This document shows, one piece after another, positions 28,628 through 38,654 of a stretch of DNA of 64,000 nucleotides; position 1 is the stretch's first letter; the number at the start of each line of letters is the position of its first letter. Source of the stretch: an uncultured Pseudomonadota bacterium (GTDB lineage Bacteria > Oederibacteriota > Muellerivitia > Muellerivitales > Muellerivitaceae); contig CAWIIP010000002.1 in the NCBI GenBank assembly GCA_963836235.1, positions 1,376,001 to 1,440,000 on the forward strand, read 5' to 3'. Both the position numbers and the translations under genes were made by a program. The notes beneath the pieces were generated by a model. That model ran no database searches, had not been told where the DNA came from, and saw nothing but the letters and a program-made list of their open reading frames with translations.

Positions 28628-28996
28628 TTATGTGTCCGGCAGATAACCGGCCATGCCCATGACGGCCAACAAACCATGCTCCACGGCGGCCATTTCATCG
28701 GTCGTAAGGGCCGCGAGAGGGCCTTCCCCAAAACGGCGGCGGTCCAAGGTCATGGGTTTTTCGACGATCACTTGGCTTTCCTTCAACAGCCTGTCACGGA
28801 CCGGGACGGTTATGCGTAAGTGTTGAACACCCGGGCGGATTTGGGAGGTCAGCGGGAGGACAATGAGGGTTTCCGAATTTTCCTGGTTGAGCGAATCGTC
28901 CTGGAGTATGAGGACCGGACGGGTTTTGCCTACTTCCCCGCTTTGGGACTGACTTAGCCGGGCCACCCATATTTCTCCCCGCCTCATTTCCACCAC
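28628..28996 (-). CDS. Type II toxin, PemK/MazF family
   Basis: MRRGEIWVA, GE.GKTRPVLILQ and IVLPLTSQ motifs. Confidence 0.92.
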   Translation of the reverse strand: MVEMRRGEIWVARLSQSQSGEVGKTRPVLILQDDSLNQENSETLIVLPLTSQIRPGVQHLRITVPVRDRLLKESQVIVEKPMTLDRRRFGEGPLAALTTDEMAAVEHGLLAVMGMAGYLPDT

Positions 28997-29295
28997 CGAT
29001 CATCCTTACCTTCGGGCGAAGACCCATAGGGTGCCGGACTTTCACCCAGCTCAAGCGCTTCATTCTCGGCGGGCAGGAATTCCTCGGCCATGGCTAGGTC
29101 TTCTTGCCGGGCTTCCGGTGTTAGGCTTTTCATTTCCTTGACCATTGCCTGGATTACCCGGTCCTTTTTACGCTGTTTCAAGTAGGCTTGGAGCACCTGG
29201 CGAACCAAATCCGAACGGGATATCTTTTCCATTTGGATTTCTTGTTCCAGGAGCTTTTCCAATTTTTCATCAAGCCGGATGGTAACGGAGTTCAT
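28984..29295 (-). CDS. Ribbon-helix-helix (CopG-like) antitoxin
   Basis: VTIRLD...SRSDLVR motif and acidic C-terminus; overlaps the toxin start. Confidence 0.85.
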   Translation of the reverse strand: MNSVTIRLDEKLEKLLEQEIQMEKISRSDLVRQVLQAYLKQRKKDRVIQAMVKEMKSLTPEARQEDLAMAEEFLPAENEALELGESPAPYGSSPEGKDDRWWK

Positions 29296-29314
29296 GGCTT
29301 ACACCTCAAATACA

Positions 29315-29353
29315 ATTTGTAATACATATGATAAACATAATTGTATTACAAAT
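29315..29353. promoter_or_regulatory. Palindromic operator of the RHH-PemK module
   Basis: ATTTGTAATACA-N15-TGTATTACAAAT just upstream of the antitoxin. Confidence 0.7.
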
Positions 29354-29486
29354 CAATTAACTTGATAAGGTGATATCGCACCCGTTTTTACAAAATTTTT
29401 GTAAAAAGGCCCGTTACTAGATATCTAAAAAGACAGATGTTTTTGAGAAATCGTGGCGGGGGTCAAAATGGATATTTTTGCAGTCT

Positions 29487-31403
29487 TTAAACCCCTGGTA
29501 TCCCCTCTTTGCCCTCAGGGATGGTGATGGAAGAACCCTCAAAGGCCTTGCCCACGGGCTCGGCCTCGCCGCCCAAATGCTGTTTCAAAAAGGCCTCCGT
29601 GACCGCCATGAAGGCTAGGTTGTTCTGGGGCCTGGCGAAGCCATGGCCTTCGTCCGGATAAAGCACATAGGTCACGGGGATTCCCTTGTCCTTCATGGCC
29701 TTCACAATCTGGTCCGATTCGGCCTGTTTGACCCGGGGGTCGTTGGCCCCCTGGGCGATCAGGAGGGGTTTCTTGATCTTCTCCACGTGGCTCAAGGGGG
29801 ACCGGTCTTCCAACAGTTTCTTTCCCTCAGACGTCCTGGGGTCGCCCATGCGGGTATAGAAAAGCTGGAGGCCGGATGTCCAATAGGGGGGAATGGACGA
29901 AAGCAAGGTGTTCAGGTTGCTCGGGCCCACAATATCCACGCCGCAGGCGAAGAGGTCCGGCGTGAAGGTTAGCCCAGCCAACGTGGCATAGCCCCCGTAG
30001 GAGCCGCCCATGATGGCGATTTTCTTAGGGTCGGCGATTTTTTCCCGAATGGCCCATTCCACCGCGTCGATCAGGTCCTCATGCATCTTGCGGCCCCATT
30101 CCAGGTTACCCGCGTTCACGAATTTTTTCCCGAAGCCGGTCGATCCCCGGAAATTGACGGACAAGACCGCGTAACCCCGGTCCGCCAAAAGCTGGTGGGT
30201 GGGGTTGAAGCCCCAGGAATCCCGGTGCCAGGGCCCGCCGTGGACATCCAAAACCATGGGCAGGGGTTTGGCGGGTTTCTCCCCCTTCTCCTCCCGCGGC
30301 AGGCTCAGGTAACTCACCAACTTGTAGCCATCTCGAGAGGATAAAACCAATGGGCGCATCTTCGCCAGGGGCTTCCCCACCAGGGCCTTGCGGCTCACCA
30401 TGAGAAGCTTGAGGCTCTTGGCCGGGCGGTCGTATAAAAAAAAGGAACTGGGGCCGTCGTCCTGCCATTCCACCACCACCCATTTCTGGTCGTTCTTGGT
30501 GCGGCTCATGATCTCGAAATCGCCCCTGACCTGCTTTTGAAGGAATTCAAAATCGCCTTTCAGCTTGGGTTCGAGCACCTTCCAGGCCTGGCGCTCGTAA
30601 TAAAAGGCGACCGCTTCCAGTTCCCCGGTCAAGTGGTTCCTCAAAACCCGGCCCACGTCGGACTTGTCGTCCGCGATCACCATTTCCCGGGTGCCTTTCT
30701 CCAGGTTCCAGCGATAAAGCGCCCCCGTATCCCGGCCGGAGCTGTCGGTAAAATAAAGGCTTTTCCCCGACTTGGGAAAGCCCGTCGGCCCCGTGGTCAT
30801 GGTGTCTTCCTCGGCCACCTCGACGAATTTTTTCATCTCGCCGGAAGCCGTCTTTTCAAAATACTGGATGCCCCCGTCGGCCTTGAACTTGGAAGCCAGC
30901 CGCACCTTCAGGTCCATATCGCAGGTGAAGTCCATGTATTCCTGGTCGTTGCGGAAAACCTCGGTAAGCTTTCCCGTTGGCAGGTCCAGCAGGTGGACGT
31001 CATGGAAGCGCTCGTCCCGGTTGTTCAGGCCCACCAGCAGTTTGTCCGGCTGGTCAAAGGACCCACCCATGATTTGGGCGGTCGTTTTGGGAAAAGGCGT
31101 CAGATCCCGGTCTTCCCCGCCCCCTACCGGCACCAGGTGGATGTGCCAGTTCTCGTCCCCGTCCAGGTCCTGGGCGTAACACAAATTCCGACTGTCCACC
31201 GTCCAACCATGGGACCGGATGCCCCGCTTGCGGTCGCGGGTGATGGCCTTGGCCTCACTCAGCTTGTCCACCGGCGCCACCCAGATATTCAGGACGCCTT
31301 CGTCCGGGGCGATATAGCTGATCCATTGCCCGTCGGGGCTGATGTTGACCTGCATCACGTCGGGATTGCCGAACAACAGTTCACGGGGGATAAGGTTTGG
31401 CAC
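29487..31403 (-). CDS. S9-family peptidase (acylaminoacyl/dipeptidyl peptidase)
   Basis: VHGGPW, GGSYGG, QGANDPRV and DEGHG catalytic motifs. Confidence 0.95.
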   Translation of the reverse strand: MPNLIPRELLFGNPDVMQVNISPDGQWISYIAPDEGVLNIWVAPVDKLSEAKAITRDRKRGIRSHGWTVDSRNLCYAQDLDGDENWHIHLVPVGGGEDRDLTPFPKTTAQIMGGSFDQPDKLLVGLNNRDERFHDVHLLDLPTGKLTEVFRNDQEYMDFTCDMDLKVRLASKFKADGGIQYFEKTASGEMKKFVEVAEEDTMTTGPTGFPKSGKSLYFTDSSGRDTGALYRWNLEKGTREMVIADDKSDVGRVLRNHLTGELEAVAFYYERQAWKVLEPKLKGDFEFLQKQVRGDFEIMSRTKNDQKWVVVEWQDDGPSSFFLYDRPAKSLKLLMVSRKALVGKPLAKMRPLVLSSRDGYKLVSYLSLPREEKGEKPAKPLPMVLDVHGGPWHRDSWGFNPTHQLLADRGYAVLSVNFRGSTGFGKKFVNAGNLEWGRKMHEDLIDAVEWAIREKIADPKKIAIMGGSYGGYATLAGLTFTPDLFACGVDIVGPSNLNTLLSSIPPYWTSGLQLFYTRMGDPRTSEGKKLLEDRSPLSHVEKIKKPLLIAQGANDPRVKQAESDQIVKAMKDKGIPVTYVLYPDEGHGFARPQNNLAFMAVTEAFLKQHLGGEAEPVGKAFEGSSITIPEGKEGIPGV

Positions 31404-31502
31404 GGGAGCTCCTTGGGATTAGACTTGGGCGGTCGGATAGGCTCAAATCATACGCAAGCCGTCGCTCAAGAATCAAATTGATTAAGGACTAAAAAAATTC
31501 TC

Positions 31503-31604
31503 ACCACGGAGATCATGGAGTACACGAAGTTTTAAAGCAAAGATTTGGTCTTTATTTTTAAAAATCCTTAAGCTTTACTCTGTGATCTCCGTGACTTCTG
31601 TGGT
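31503..31604. repeat. REP-like inverted repeat with 9-nt periodicity
   Basis: ACCACGGAGATCATGGAGTACACGAAG pairs with CTCTGTGATCTCCGTGACTTCTGTGGT. Confidence 0.65.
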
Positions 31605-31622
31605 TAATTTAAGGAGTTTCCT

Positions 31623-33376
31623 ATGGAACGCAGGGAAGAAAAACTTTTCGGCGCCACTTATTCCAACCGCCAATTGCTCGGCGGATTTTGGAAGCTGGCC
31701 AAACCCTTTTGGTTTTCGGAAGAACGCTGGCCCGCCTTGGGCATCCTTTCACTGGTCGTTGTTTTGACCTTGTTCTCGGTTTTTGTCACGGTCCAGTTCA
31801 ACAGCTGGTATCAAACCACTTGGGACGATCTTCAAAAATTCGACTTAAAAGGCTTTGAAAACCAGATGCTGATGTTCTGCCTGCTCGGGGCTTTGAATGT
31901 CTTGTCGGGGGTTCTGGGGCAGTTTTTCACCCTGCAGCTCCAGAACCGTTGGCGCCTCTGGATGACCCGCCGGTTCCTGGAACATTGGCTTTCGGAGAAA
32001 AGCCATTACCTTTGGCAGCTCACGGAGAAAAAAACGGACAACCCCGACCAGCGTATCGCGGAGGACGTCCGGGACTTCGTCAGCAACAGTCTGGGCTTGA
32101 CCCTGGGGCTCTTGAACCAAGTGGTCACTTTCTTCTCCTTCCTCACGATTCTCTGGACCATGTCCGGCCCCCTCGCCATTCCCCTGGGCGGAGGCAGGGT
32201 CTTTTCCCTGCCGGGTTACATGGTCTGGGCCTGTTTGCTTTACTCCATCGGCGGTACCTGGCTGACCCACAAGATCGGACGGCCTTTGATAGGCCTCAAT
32301 TACCAGCAGCAACTGTTGGAAGCCAACTTCCGTTTTGGGCTGGTGCGCCTGAGGGAAAACGGGGAAAGCGTGGCCTTGAGCAATGGGGAAAAAATGGAGG
32401 AACAAAGCCTGAAAGGCCATTTTCAATGGGTCTTCGGAAACTTCCGCTCCATTATTTTTAAACAGCTCCACTTAGGCATGTTCACCAATGGATTCGGGCA
32501 ATTGGCCCTGATCGTTCCTTTGGCGGTCGCCTCCCCCAATATTTCGCTAAGAAAATCGGAATCGGAGGGTTACAGCGGATTGGCGACGCTTTCGGCCAGG
32601 TGCAGGGGGCGCTTTCCTGGGTCGTGAACAATTACGTGACGCTGGCTTATTGGCGCTCGGTCGTCGAACGTTTGGAAGGGTTTGAGGCGGAGGTGGACCG
32701 CACCAAACAGATGCACGCCCAAGCCCAATCCATCCTGCGGTCCACACCGGCCCAAAACGGCATCCGTCTGGAACAAGTGGTCCTTTCCCTTCCCGGCAAT
32801 CCCCATCCCCTCACCCAACCATTGGACATCGAGTTCAAGAAAGGGCAATCCATCCTCATCTCGGGTCCCTCGGGCTGTGGCAAAAGCACTCTGCTTCGGG
32901 CCCTCTATGGTATCTGGCCCTTCACCCAGGGCCGGGTGACTTTGCCCGAAAAAGCCGAGGTCATGGTCATGCCCCAAAAGCCCTACCTGCCCGTGGGCAC
33001 CTTGAAGGCGGCTTTCACTTATCCGAAGGACGAATCCGAGATTCCGGATTCGGAAATTTTAAAGGTCCTCTCCCTTTGCCGCTTGGACCATTTGAAGGAC
33101 CGGCTGGCCCAACCCGAAAACTGGGCCTTGATTTTATCCGTGGGGGAACAGCAACGGGTGGCTTGGGCCCGGGTTTTTTTACAGAAGCCCCAATGGATCT
33201 TTCTGGATGAGGCCACCTCGGCCCTGGACGAGGATGCCCAGGATCGCCTTTACCGGGCCCTGAAGGAACAGTTGCCGGGGACGACCATGATCAGCGTGGC
33301 CCACCGCCAGAACCCCGCCGAACACCACCAGGCGGTCTGGAATATCCTTTCCGGCGAAAGCCCCAAACCGGCTTAA
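31623..33376 (+). pseudogene. ABC transporter permease/ATPase fusion (YddA/BacA-like, ABCD type) with a 1-bp frameshift near 32538
   Basis: DNPDQRIAED and EANFRFGLVRLREN in frame 1; GPSGCGKST, LSVGEQQR and LDEATS in frame 2. Adding one base at CCC AA_ TAT restores a continuous protein. Confidence 0.85.
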
Positions 33377-33387
33377 CCCCCGGTCTT

Positions 33388-35409
33388 TCAGGGATTGGGA
33401 GTGGAACTGGGCGTGGAAGGGATGGTCCCGCTCCAAGGAATGAGCCCGTTTTTGATTAAATCATGGGCCAGGATTCGGGCGAGAAAAGCGTGGCCATCGG
33501 AATTCATGTGGTCGTTTCCGCCAATTTCAGACATCGGAAAATAGGAAAGCCGCAAGGCGGTCATCTCGTCGTTGTCGTCCAGAAAAGGGATGTGGAATTT
33601 TTTAGCCAGGTCCGCCCAAATTTGGGGATCCTCCGCCACAGGCCGCGCCAGGCCCGTATGGGTAGACCAAAGCAGCAGCCGCACCGGCTGGCCGGCGGAG
33701 TTTTTCATCGCCGAGAGCTTTTGGTTCAGCAGGTCCAGGGGTTTCCCGTACATTTCCAACAGGAGCTCGTGGATTTCCGGGTCCGAGAAAAGACCGTCAT
33801 CGAAGACGAAGTTATTGCCCTGGACATGGACGAAATGCTTGGCCTTGCAGAGGTCGTAAAACTTCCTCGGCGCTCCCGGGGGTATCCTGGGCGCGGGGGG
33901 TTTGAGCATATATTCGATGTCGTTGGTGGCCGCGGGAATTCCCTCCGGCGTGATCGGGCGCAAGTAATAAAACTTAAAGGGATACTGCCCCTCGGGCGTG
34001 GGCGGTTGCATGATGATCACCAAATCGGCGTCTTCCATTTGCGCCACCGGCGGAACCCGGTAATAGGGCCATAGGAAAAGGGGGATGGAAGCGGAATCCG
34101 AATAGCGCATGACCTCGAAATTCACCGGGGCGTCCTCCAGCGAGGCGAGGAGGTTGAGTTCCTGTTCCAGCCGGTGGGAAAAGGTCACCTCAGGTGGATA
34201 GTTATCCCCGATATGCGTGTTGTAACTGGTCTTGAATTGGTAGCCGATGATCATGACCGACCGGGAGTCCCCCACCAAAAGAATCCGGAAGGTACGGGGA
34301 GGTTTGCGGAGGGGGGATTCGATGGTTCCGATATTTCCGTTGATATCCTGGTTGCCGTATAAATCCCGAACGGAAGTGACCAGGTTCCAAAGCGGATTGA
34401 CGATGTAAAGCTTTCGCGGCTCCGAGGGGTCGGAGGCGAACCCCACCGGCGTCAGGAGGCCTATTCGGTTGAAGGATGCGAGCCACATTCCCGGGTCCGG
34501 GATGTTGTCCCCCCAAATGGAAGTAAAAGAAACGGGTTCGTTGCGCGGCAAAAGGCGTTGCAGGGGGGCTTGATCCCCGCCCTGGAGGGCGTAAAGGTAA
34601 TCACCGCTCCCCACCAGGGCCAGAATACCGCCCTGGGTTTGGGCGGCTGAAACCGGGCCCGACAAGGCGCCGTCCTTCCAATCGAAGGAATAGACCTGGG
34701 CCTGCGCGTTCACGTCCAGGTAGAGCCGGTCCCCAGCGGCGCAAAGAACATCTGGATGGACGATTCCCATCGTGCCAAGGGGCACTAGGGAAACTTGGCC
34801 TGTCTTCAAATCCAGCCTTTTCAGCGAATCCTTTCCCGCCTGGGTGAAGAAAAGGGATCCAGCCCCCGGCAGATAGGCCATCTCCTGGAGGCCTTCCACG
34901 GAAACCAAGGAAGCGGGACCTTCGGTCAGGGTGGCGGGAGCGCCTCCGGCGAGCGTGGAGACAATTCCTTTCGTCAAATCAATCAGGCGCAACCTTTTAT
35001 TCCCGGATTCGTAGACCACCAGTTGTTCGCCCTCGAGGTAAGCCAGGGCCTGGGGATGGTTGAAGAGGGCGGAATCCAGGGGGCCATCCTTCTGGCCCGG
35101 CTGGTCCTGTCCGGTAAGGGTGGTGACCGAATTTTTTTGGTCTAAATGGATGATCCTGATCCGGTTGTTGCCCGAATCCGCCACGAAGAGCCGGGTGCCG
35201 TCCGTACTGGCCGCCATCCCCAGGGGTTTCTTGAAAAGGGCCGAAGTAAAGCTGCCGTCCCGGAAACCCGCTGTTCCTTCCCCCGCCGCCAAAGCGATGG
35301 GACAAGAAATAGGCCGAAGGGCCCATCCGGCCTGCGGAAGGACCGCGCCTAGGCAAATGAAAGGGAGAAGAAGCCGGTAATGAGGGGATCGATTTTTTGA
35401 GTGAACCAT
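33388..35409 (-). CDS. Secreted NHL-repeat propeller fused to an SGNH/GDSL-like domain
   Basis: Signal peptide, NHL blades (GFRDG, LFVADSGNNRIR), then ILLVGDS and a terminal DHMN.DGH. Confidence 0.72.
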   Translation of the reverse strand: MVHSKNRSPHYRLLLPFICLGAVLPQAGWALRPISCPIALAAGEGTAGFRDGSFTSALFKKPLGMAASTDGTRLFVADSGNNRIRIIHLDQKNSVTTLTGQDQPGQKDGPLDSALFNHPQALAYLEGEQLVVYESGNKRLRLIDLTKGIVSTLAGGAPATLTEGPASLVSVEGLQEMAYLPGAGSLFFTQAGKDSLKRLDLKTGQVSLVPLGTMGIVHPDVLCAAGDRLYLDVNAQAQVYSFDWKDGALSGPVSAAQTQGGILALVGSGDYLYALQGGDQAPLQRLLPRNEPVSFTSIWGDNIPDPGMWLASFNRIGLLTPVGFASDPSEPRKLYIVNPLWNLVTSVRDLYGNQDINGNIGTIESPLRKPPRTFRILLVGDSRSVMIIGYQFKTSYNTHIGDNYPPEVTFSHRLEQELNLLASLEDAPVNFEVMRYSDSASIPLFLWPYYRVPPVAQMEDADLVIIMQPPTPEGQYPFKFYYLRPITPEGIPAATNDIEYMLKPPAPRIPPGAPRKFYDLCKAKHFVHVQGNNFVFDDGLFSDPEIHELLLEMYGKPLDLLNQKLSAMKNSAGQPVRLLLWSTHTGLARPVAEDPQIWADLAKKFHIPFLDDNDEMTALRLSYFPMSEIGGNDHMNSDGHAFLARILAHDLIKNGLIPWSGTIPSTPSSTPNP

Positions 35410-35528
35410 GGGTTAGGGTCCTCTTGATTCCCCTGGAAGAATAAATATTCCCGGCCCTGAGGTGAATGGAAAGCTAAAAAACCGGGGGAGGTTCAGGATT
35501 CCTGGAAAATCAGTAAGCTGATTTTAAA

Positions 35529-38500
35529 CTATTCGATGAGTTCCCCGTCGGTTTCCTTGCCCTTCATGGGTTTGGAGGCGTCCAATCCACCGGGGGGTAT
35601 CCCCGGCGCCGGAGGCTTCGGCATTCCCGGGGGCGGCAAAGAAGCGCCTGGCATCGGGGGTTTAGGGGCGCCCACATTCAATTTCATCCCATCCATGCTA
35701 TCCATATCAAGGATTCCCGGCGGCGGTGTCGTCGGTTTGATGTTGGTAGGAATAACTTTTGGCGCGACTGGAGGGGCTCCGGGCATTCCGGGGATCCCCA
35801 AAGAGGGGGGCACTGGAGGAGCGGCGGGCTTGGGGGCCATCGGCGGAATTCCGGGTATTCCCGGCACTGAAGGGGCGGCGGGTTTTGGAGCCATGGAAGG
35901 AGCCCCAACGGGTGGAACCGGGGATTTCGCCCCGAGCCCCGCCTGCGGTGAGCTTGTCGAACCCGCCGAGGGGTTAGGGATAGTGGGCATACCCGGAATG
36001 GAAATGGGAGGTTTGGGAGCGCCTAAAGGGGGTATAGAAGGAATCGAAGGGCCGCCACTTGGAGGAATTCCCGGAACCCCCGTGGAAGGCGGACCGGGTT
36101 TCTTTTCCATTAAAGAGTCCAACAAGTTGGAGGTGGAACTGGATGGTTTAAGCCCCGGTACCATCGGGGGGGGTGGGGCCCCCGCGGCCGGACCCGGCGG
36201 AACGGTTGTTGGGGAAGGCGGCTTCAGACCCGGCGCGGTCACCGGCGGGACTTTGGCAATGAGGGAATCCAGTAATCCGGGAGTGGTTGGTTTTGGCCCG
36301 GGAACCCCGGCGGGGGGAACTGGACCCAAGGGTTTGGGGGCACCCAGAGGTGGAACGGCTGGTTTGAAGAGGCCCAGTCCGGCATCTGGTGATGCTGGTG
36401 GAACAATAGGCGATACCCCGATGGACGGCTTGGGTCCAAGGCCCATCGGGGGAATGGGAACCTCGCCGGGCTTTTTAATCTTCATCGGGAAAGTGAGGAT
36501 CATCCGGGTTCCAGGATCGCCCTTTTCTGCCACGGCCCCGCCGCCATGGGCGGCCAAGATGGTTTTCACCAATGCGAACTTGAGCCCCGTTCCGGCCAGC
36601 TGGGTCGAGGCTGGGTGCTTGGGATCGTAAAACTCGTCGAACAACCGCGGCAAACTTTCAGGGACGACGACCAGGCCCGGGTCCTGGATCGTGACCTTCA
36701 CGTTTTCGCCGAGGGGTTCCACTGTGATGGGGATACTGGACCCGCGAGGGGCGTCCTTGATCATCTGCAGGTAAAGAATGTTCCACAACTGGGTAAAGCG
36801 GCGGCGCACGACGGGGATCTTGGGAATCGTCCCTTTGGTCTCGACCTTCATTTTGATGTTTTTCACTTCGGACTGGGCCTGGAAGTTGAAGGCCAATCCC
36901 TCGATTTCCGAGGCCAGGTTGATTTCCTCGTATTGGGCCTTGGCTTGCTCGATCTCGACTTGGTAGATGTCCACCAGGTCGTTGATGAATTTTTCCAGCC
37001 GGGCGGAGCGGTTGATGACCATCCCGAGAAATTCCTGCTGCTTCTCGTTGATGCCGCCTTGGGTGGATCCCAGCGCCGAGGAAACATATCCCTTGATGAT
37101 GCCCAAGGTCGTTTTCAATTCTTCCGACATGGTGCGGATGGCCGCCGCCCGAACTTGCGAAACCTGGATGGCCGAGGAAGAGGCGACCACCGAAAGCAGT
37201 TTGCCTTCCATTTCCTTCAATTGGGTTTCGAACTGGGCCTGCGCCTGGGTAAGCTTTTGCTGGACATCGGCTTTTCCCTCTTCCGCCGTGGCGGCCTGGC
37301 CCTTGAGTTTCGCGATTTCCGCCTTGGCCTGGTCGGTTTGGTTGCGGAGCCCTTCCGACATTCCTTTCAAGGCGTCCAGTTCCTTGAGCTTGTCGTTGAG
37401 CTGTTGGTTCTTCTCGTTCGCCTCGTTCTTGGCTGCGGTGGCCTGTTGTTGGGCGGCGGCGACTTGGTTGGCGGCTTCCTTTGATTTCGCTTCCACTTCC
37501 GCGCGGCCGCGTCGGAGGGCTTCTTCTTTTTCCTGGTTGGCCTGCTGCTTATCCTCTTCCAATTTTTGAAGGAGCAGGGAGGCGGCCTGAACCATTTGTC
37601 CCACCTCGTCGTTTCCGAAAGCCTTGGCCGATTGGGCGGAAAGTTCGGCGTTTCCTTGGGCCGCGTTGAGGACTAGGGCGCTGGCCTTGCGCAGGGGCTT
37701 GAGAATCATCCCCAGGCAAAGGGAACCCACCAGCAGTATCCAGCCCAGCGACGCGACCGCGGCGATGCCGATCATGAAGCCTGTGGGGGCCTGAACTATT
37801 TCCTGCAACCGCTGGACGCCGGAGTGGGCGACGGGGGCCGAAACCGGCGAGGGAGGCTGCAGAACCGAGAAAGGAACCACATGGACGATGCCGAAAGCCT
37901 TGAGCCCCACATAGGAATAAATGGCGGCGGAAAGGGGTGGATTCAGTTCCGAGCCGCTGAGTTTTCCCATGAGGGCCTGTTGCACATGGGTCAGCCAGGC
38001 TTCCTGATTGGGATTAAAAGCGGTCTGCAATTTGGCGGGGTTGGAATGGTAAAAATATTGTCCCGAATCGGCGTCGAGAAGGAATATCTCTCCGCTTTTG
38101 GGATCGATGTCCCGGAAGAAATAAGAAAGATTAAGGACCGCCTGGACGACCGACTTGGAATCCAGCGGAATGGAAAAAATAAAAGCCGGATAGTTGAGCC
38201 TTTGGGTGTAGAAAAGGTCCGTCTTGCCGCCGTTGTCCTTGAATTTGGAAATCATTTTTTGGAATTCTTCGGAAGAGCCATAGGAAGGATCGGCCAGTTG
38301 GGCGGTGGCAGGGATGGTTTTTTGCAGTTTGCCATCCATGCTTAAAACAGCGACCCCTGCCAGCCCGGGATGAGATTTCACGAAATTGTCCAAGTCTTCG
38401 TCCGAATGGTTGGCCACCAGCCCGGTAACGCTTTGGTAGGTCCCTTCGATGGCGGCTTTGAGGGTGGAGGACATGGTGGAAAGCTGGGATTGAAGAATCG

Positions 38501-38654
38501 GGATAGTGGTTTGAAGGGCGTTGGTATTGACGGTGCTGGCGGAGGAGGGCGCCGCCGGCTTTTCAATGTAGGCCATCCAATAATAAACACCCGCCAAGGC
38601 AAGCAGGGGCAGAACCCCGATCAGGAAAAGGGTGAGGAAATATTTACTTTTCAC
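35529..38654 (-). CDS. Membrane histidine-kinase-like protein with degenerate catalytic motifs and a Pro/Gly-rich tail
   Basis: TM, Cache-like domain, TM, HAMP, coiled coil, HisKA-like (MSEELKTTLGIIKGY), HATPase-like (LPRLFDEFY, GTGLKFALVK), then a ~310-aa P/G tail. Probable GTG start at 38654. Confidence 0.82.
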   Translation of the reverse strand: MKSKYFLTLFLIGVLPLLALAGVYYWMAYIEKPAAPSSASTVNTNALQTTIPILQSQLSTMSSTLKAAIEGTYQSVTGLVANHSDEDLDNFVKSHPGLAGVAVLSMDGKLQKTIPATAQLADPSYGSSEEFQKMISKFKDNGGKTDLFYTQRLNYPAFIFSIPLDSKSVVQAVLNLSYFFRDIDPKSGEIFLLDADSGQYFYHSNPAKLQTAFNPNQEAWLTHVQQALMGKLSGSELNPPLSAAIYSYVGLKAFGIVHVVPFSVLQPPSPVSAPVAHSGVQRLQEIVQAPTGFMIGIAAVASLGWILLVGSLCLGMILKPLRKASALVLNAAQGNAELSAQSAKAFGNDEVGQMVQAASLLLQKLEEDKQQANQEKEEALRRGRAEVEAKSKEAANQVAAAQQQATAAKNEANEKNQQLNDKLKELDALKGMSEGLRNQTDQAKAEIAKLKGQAATAEEGKADVQQKLTQAQAQFETQLKEMEGKLLSVVASSSAIQVSQVRAAAIRTMSEELKTTLGIIKGYVSSALGSTQGGINEKQQEFLGMVINRSARLEKFINDLVDIYQVEIEQAKAQYEEINLASEIEGLAFNFQAQSEVKNIKMKVETKGTIPKIPVVRRRFTQLWNILYLQMIKDAPRGSSIPITVEPLGENVKVTIQDPGLVVVPESLPRLFDEFYDPKHPASTQLAGTGLKFALVKTILAAHGGGAVAEKGDPGTRMILTFPMKIKKPGEVPIPPMGLGPKPSIGVSPIVPPASPDAGLGLFKPAVPPLGAPKPLGPVPPAGVPGPKPTTPGLLDSLIAKVPPVTAPGLKPPSPTTVPPGPAAGAPPPPMVPGLKPSSSTSNLLDSLMEKKPGPPSTGVPGIPPSGGPSIPSIPPLGAPKPPISIPGMPTIPNPSAGSTSSPQAGLGAKSPVPPVGAPSMAPKPAAPSVPGIPGIPPMAPKPAAPPVPPSLGIPGMPGAPPVAPKVIPTNIKPTTPPPGILDMDSMDGMKLNVGAPKPPMPGASLPPPGMPKPPAPGIPPGGLDASKPMKGKETDGELIE

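Noticed and set aside
27700-29640. Gene-end duplicates as DGR TR/VR pairs or integron cassettes
   Set aside because: Differences are synonymous and not adenine-specific. There are no convincing attC RYYYAAC/GTTRRRY ends and no integron integrase or RT.
35536-36630. 364-aa Gly-rich, collagen-like plus-strand ORF
   Set aside because: It is the antisense shadow of the Pro-rich tail (CCN read as NGG/GGN).
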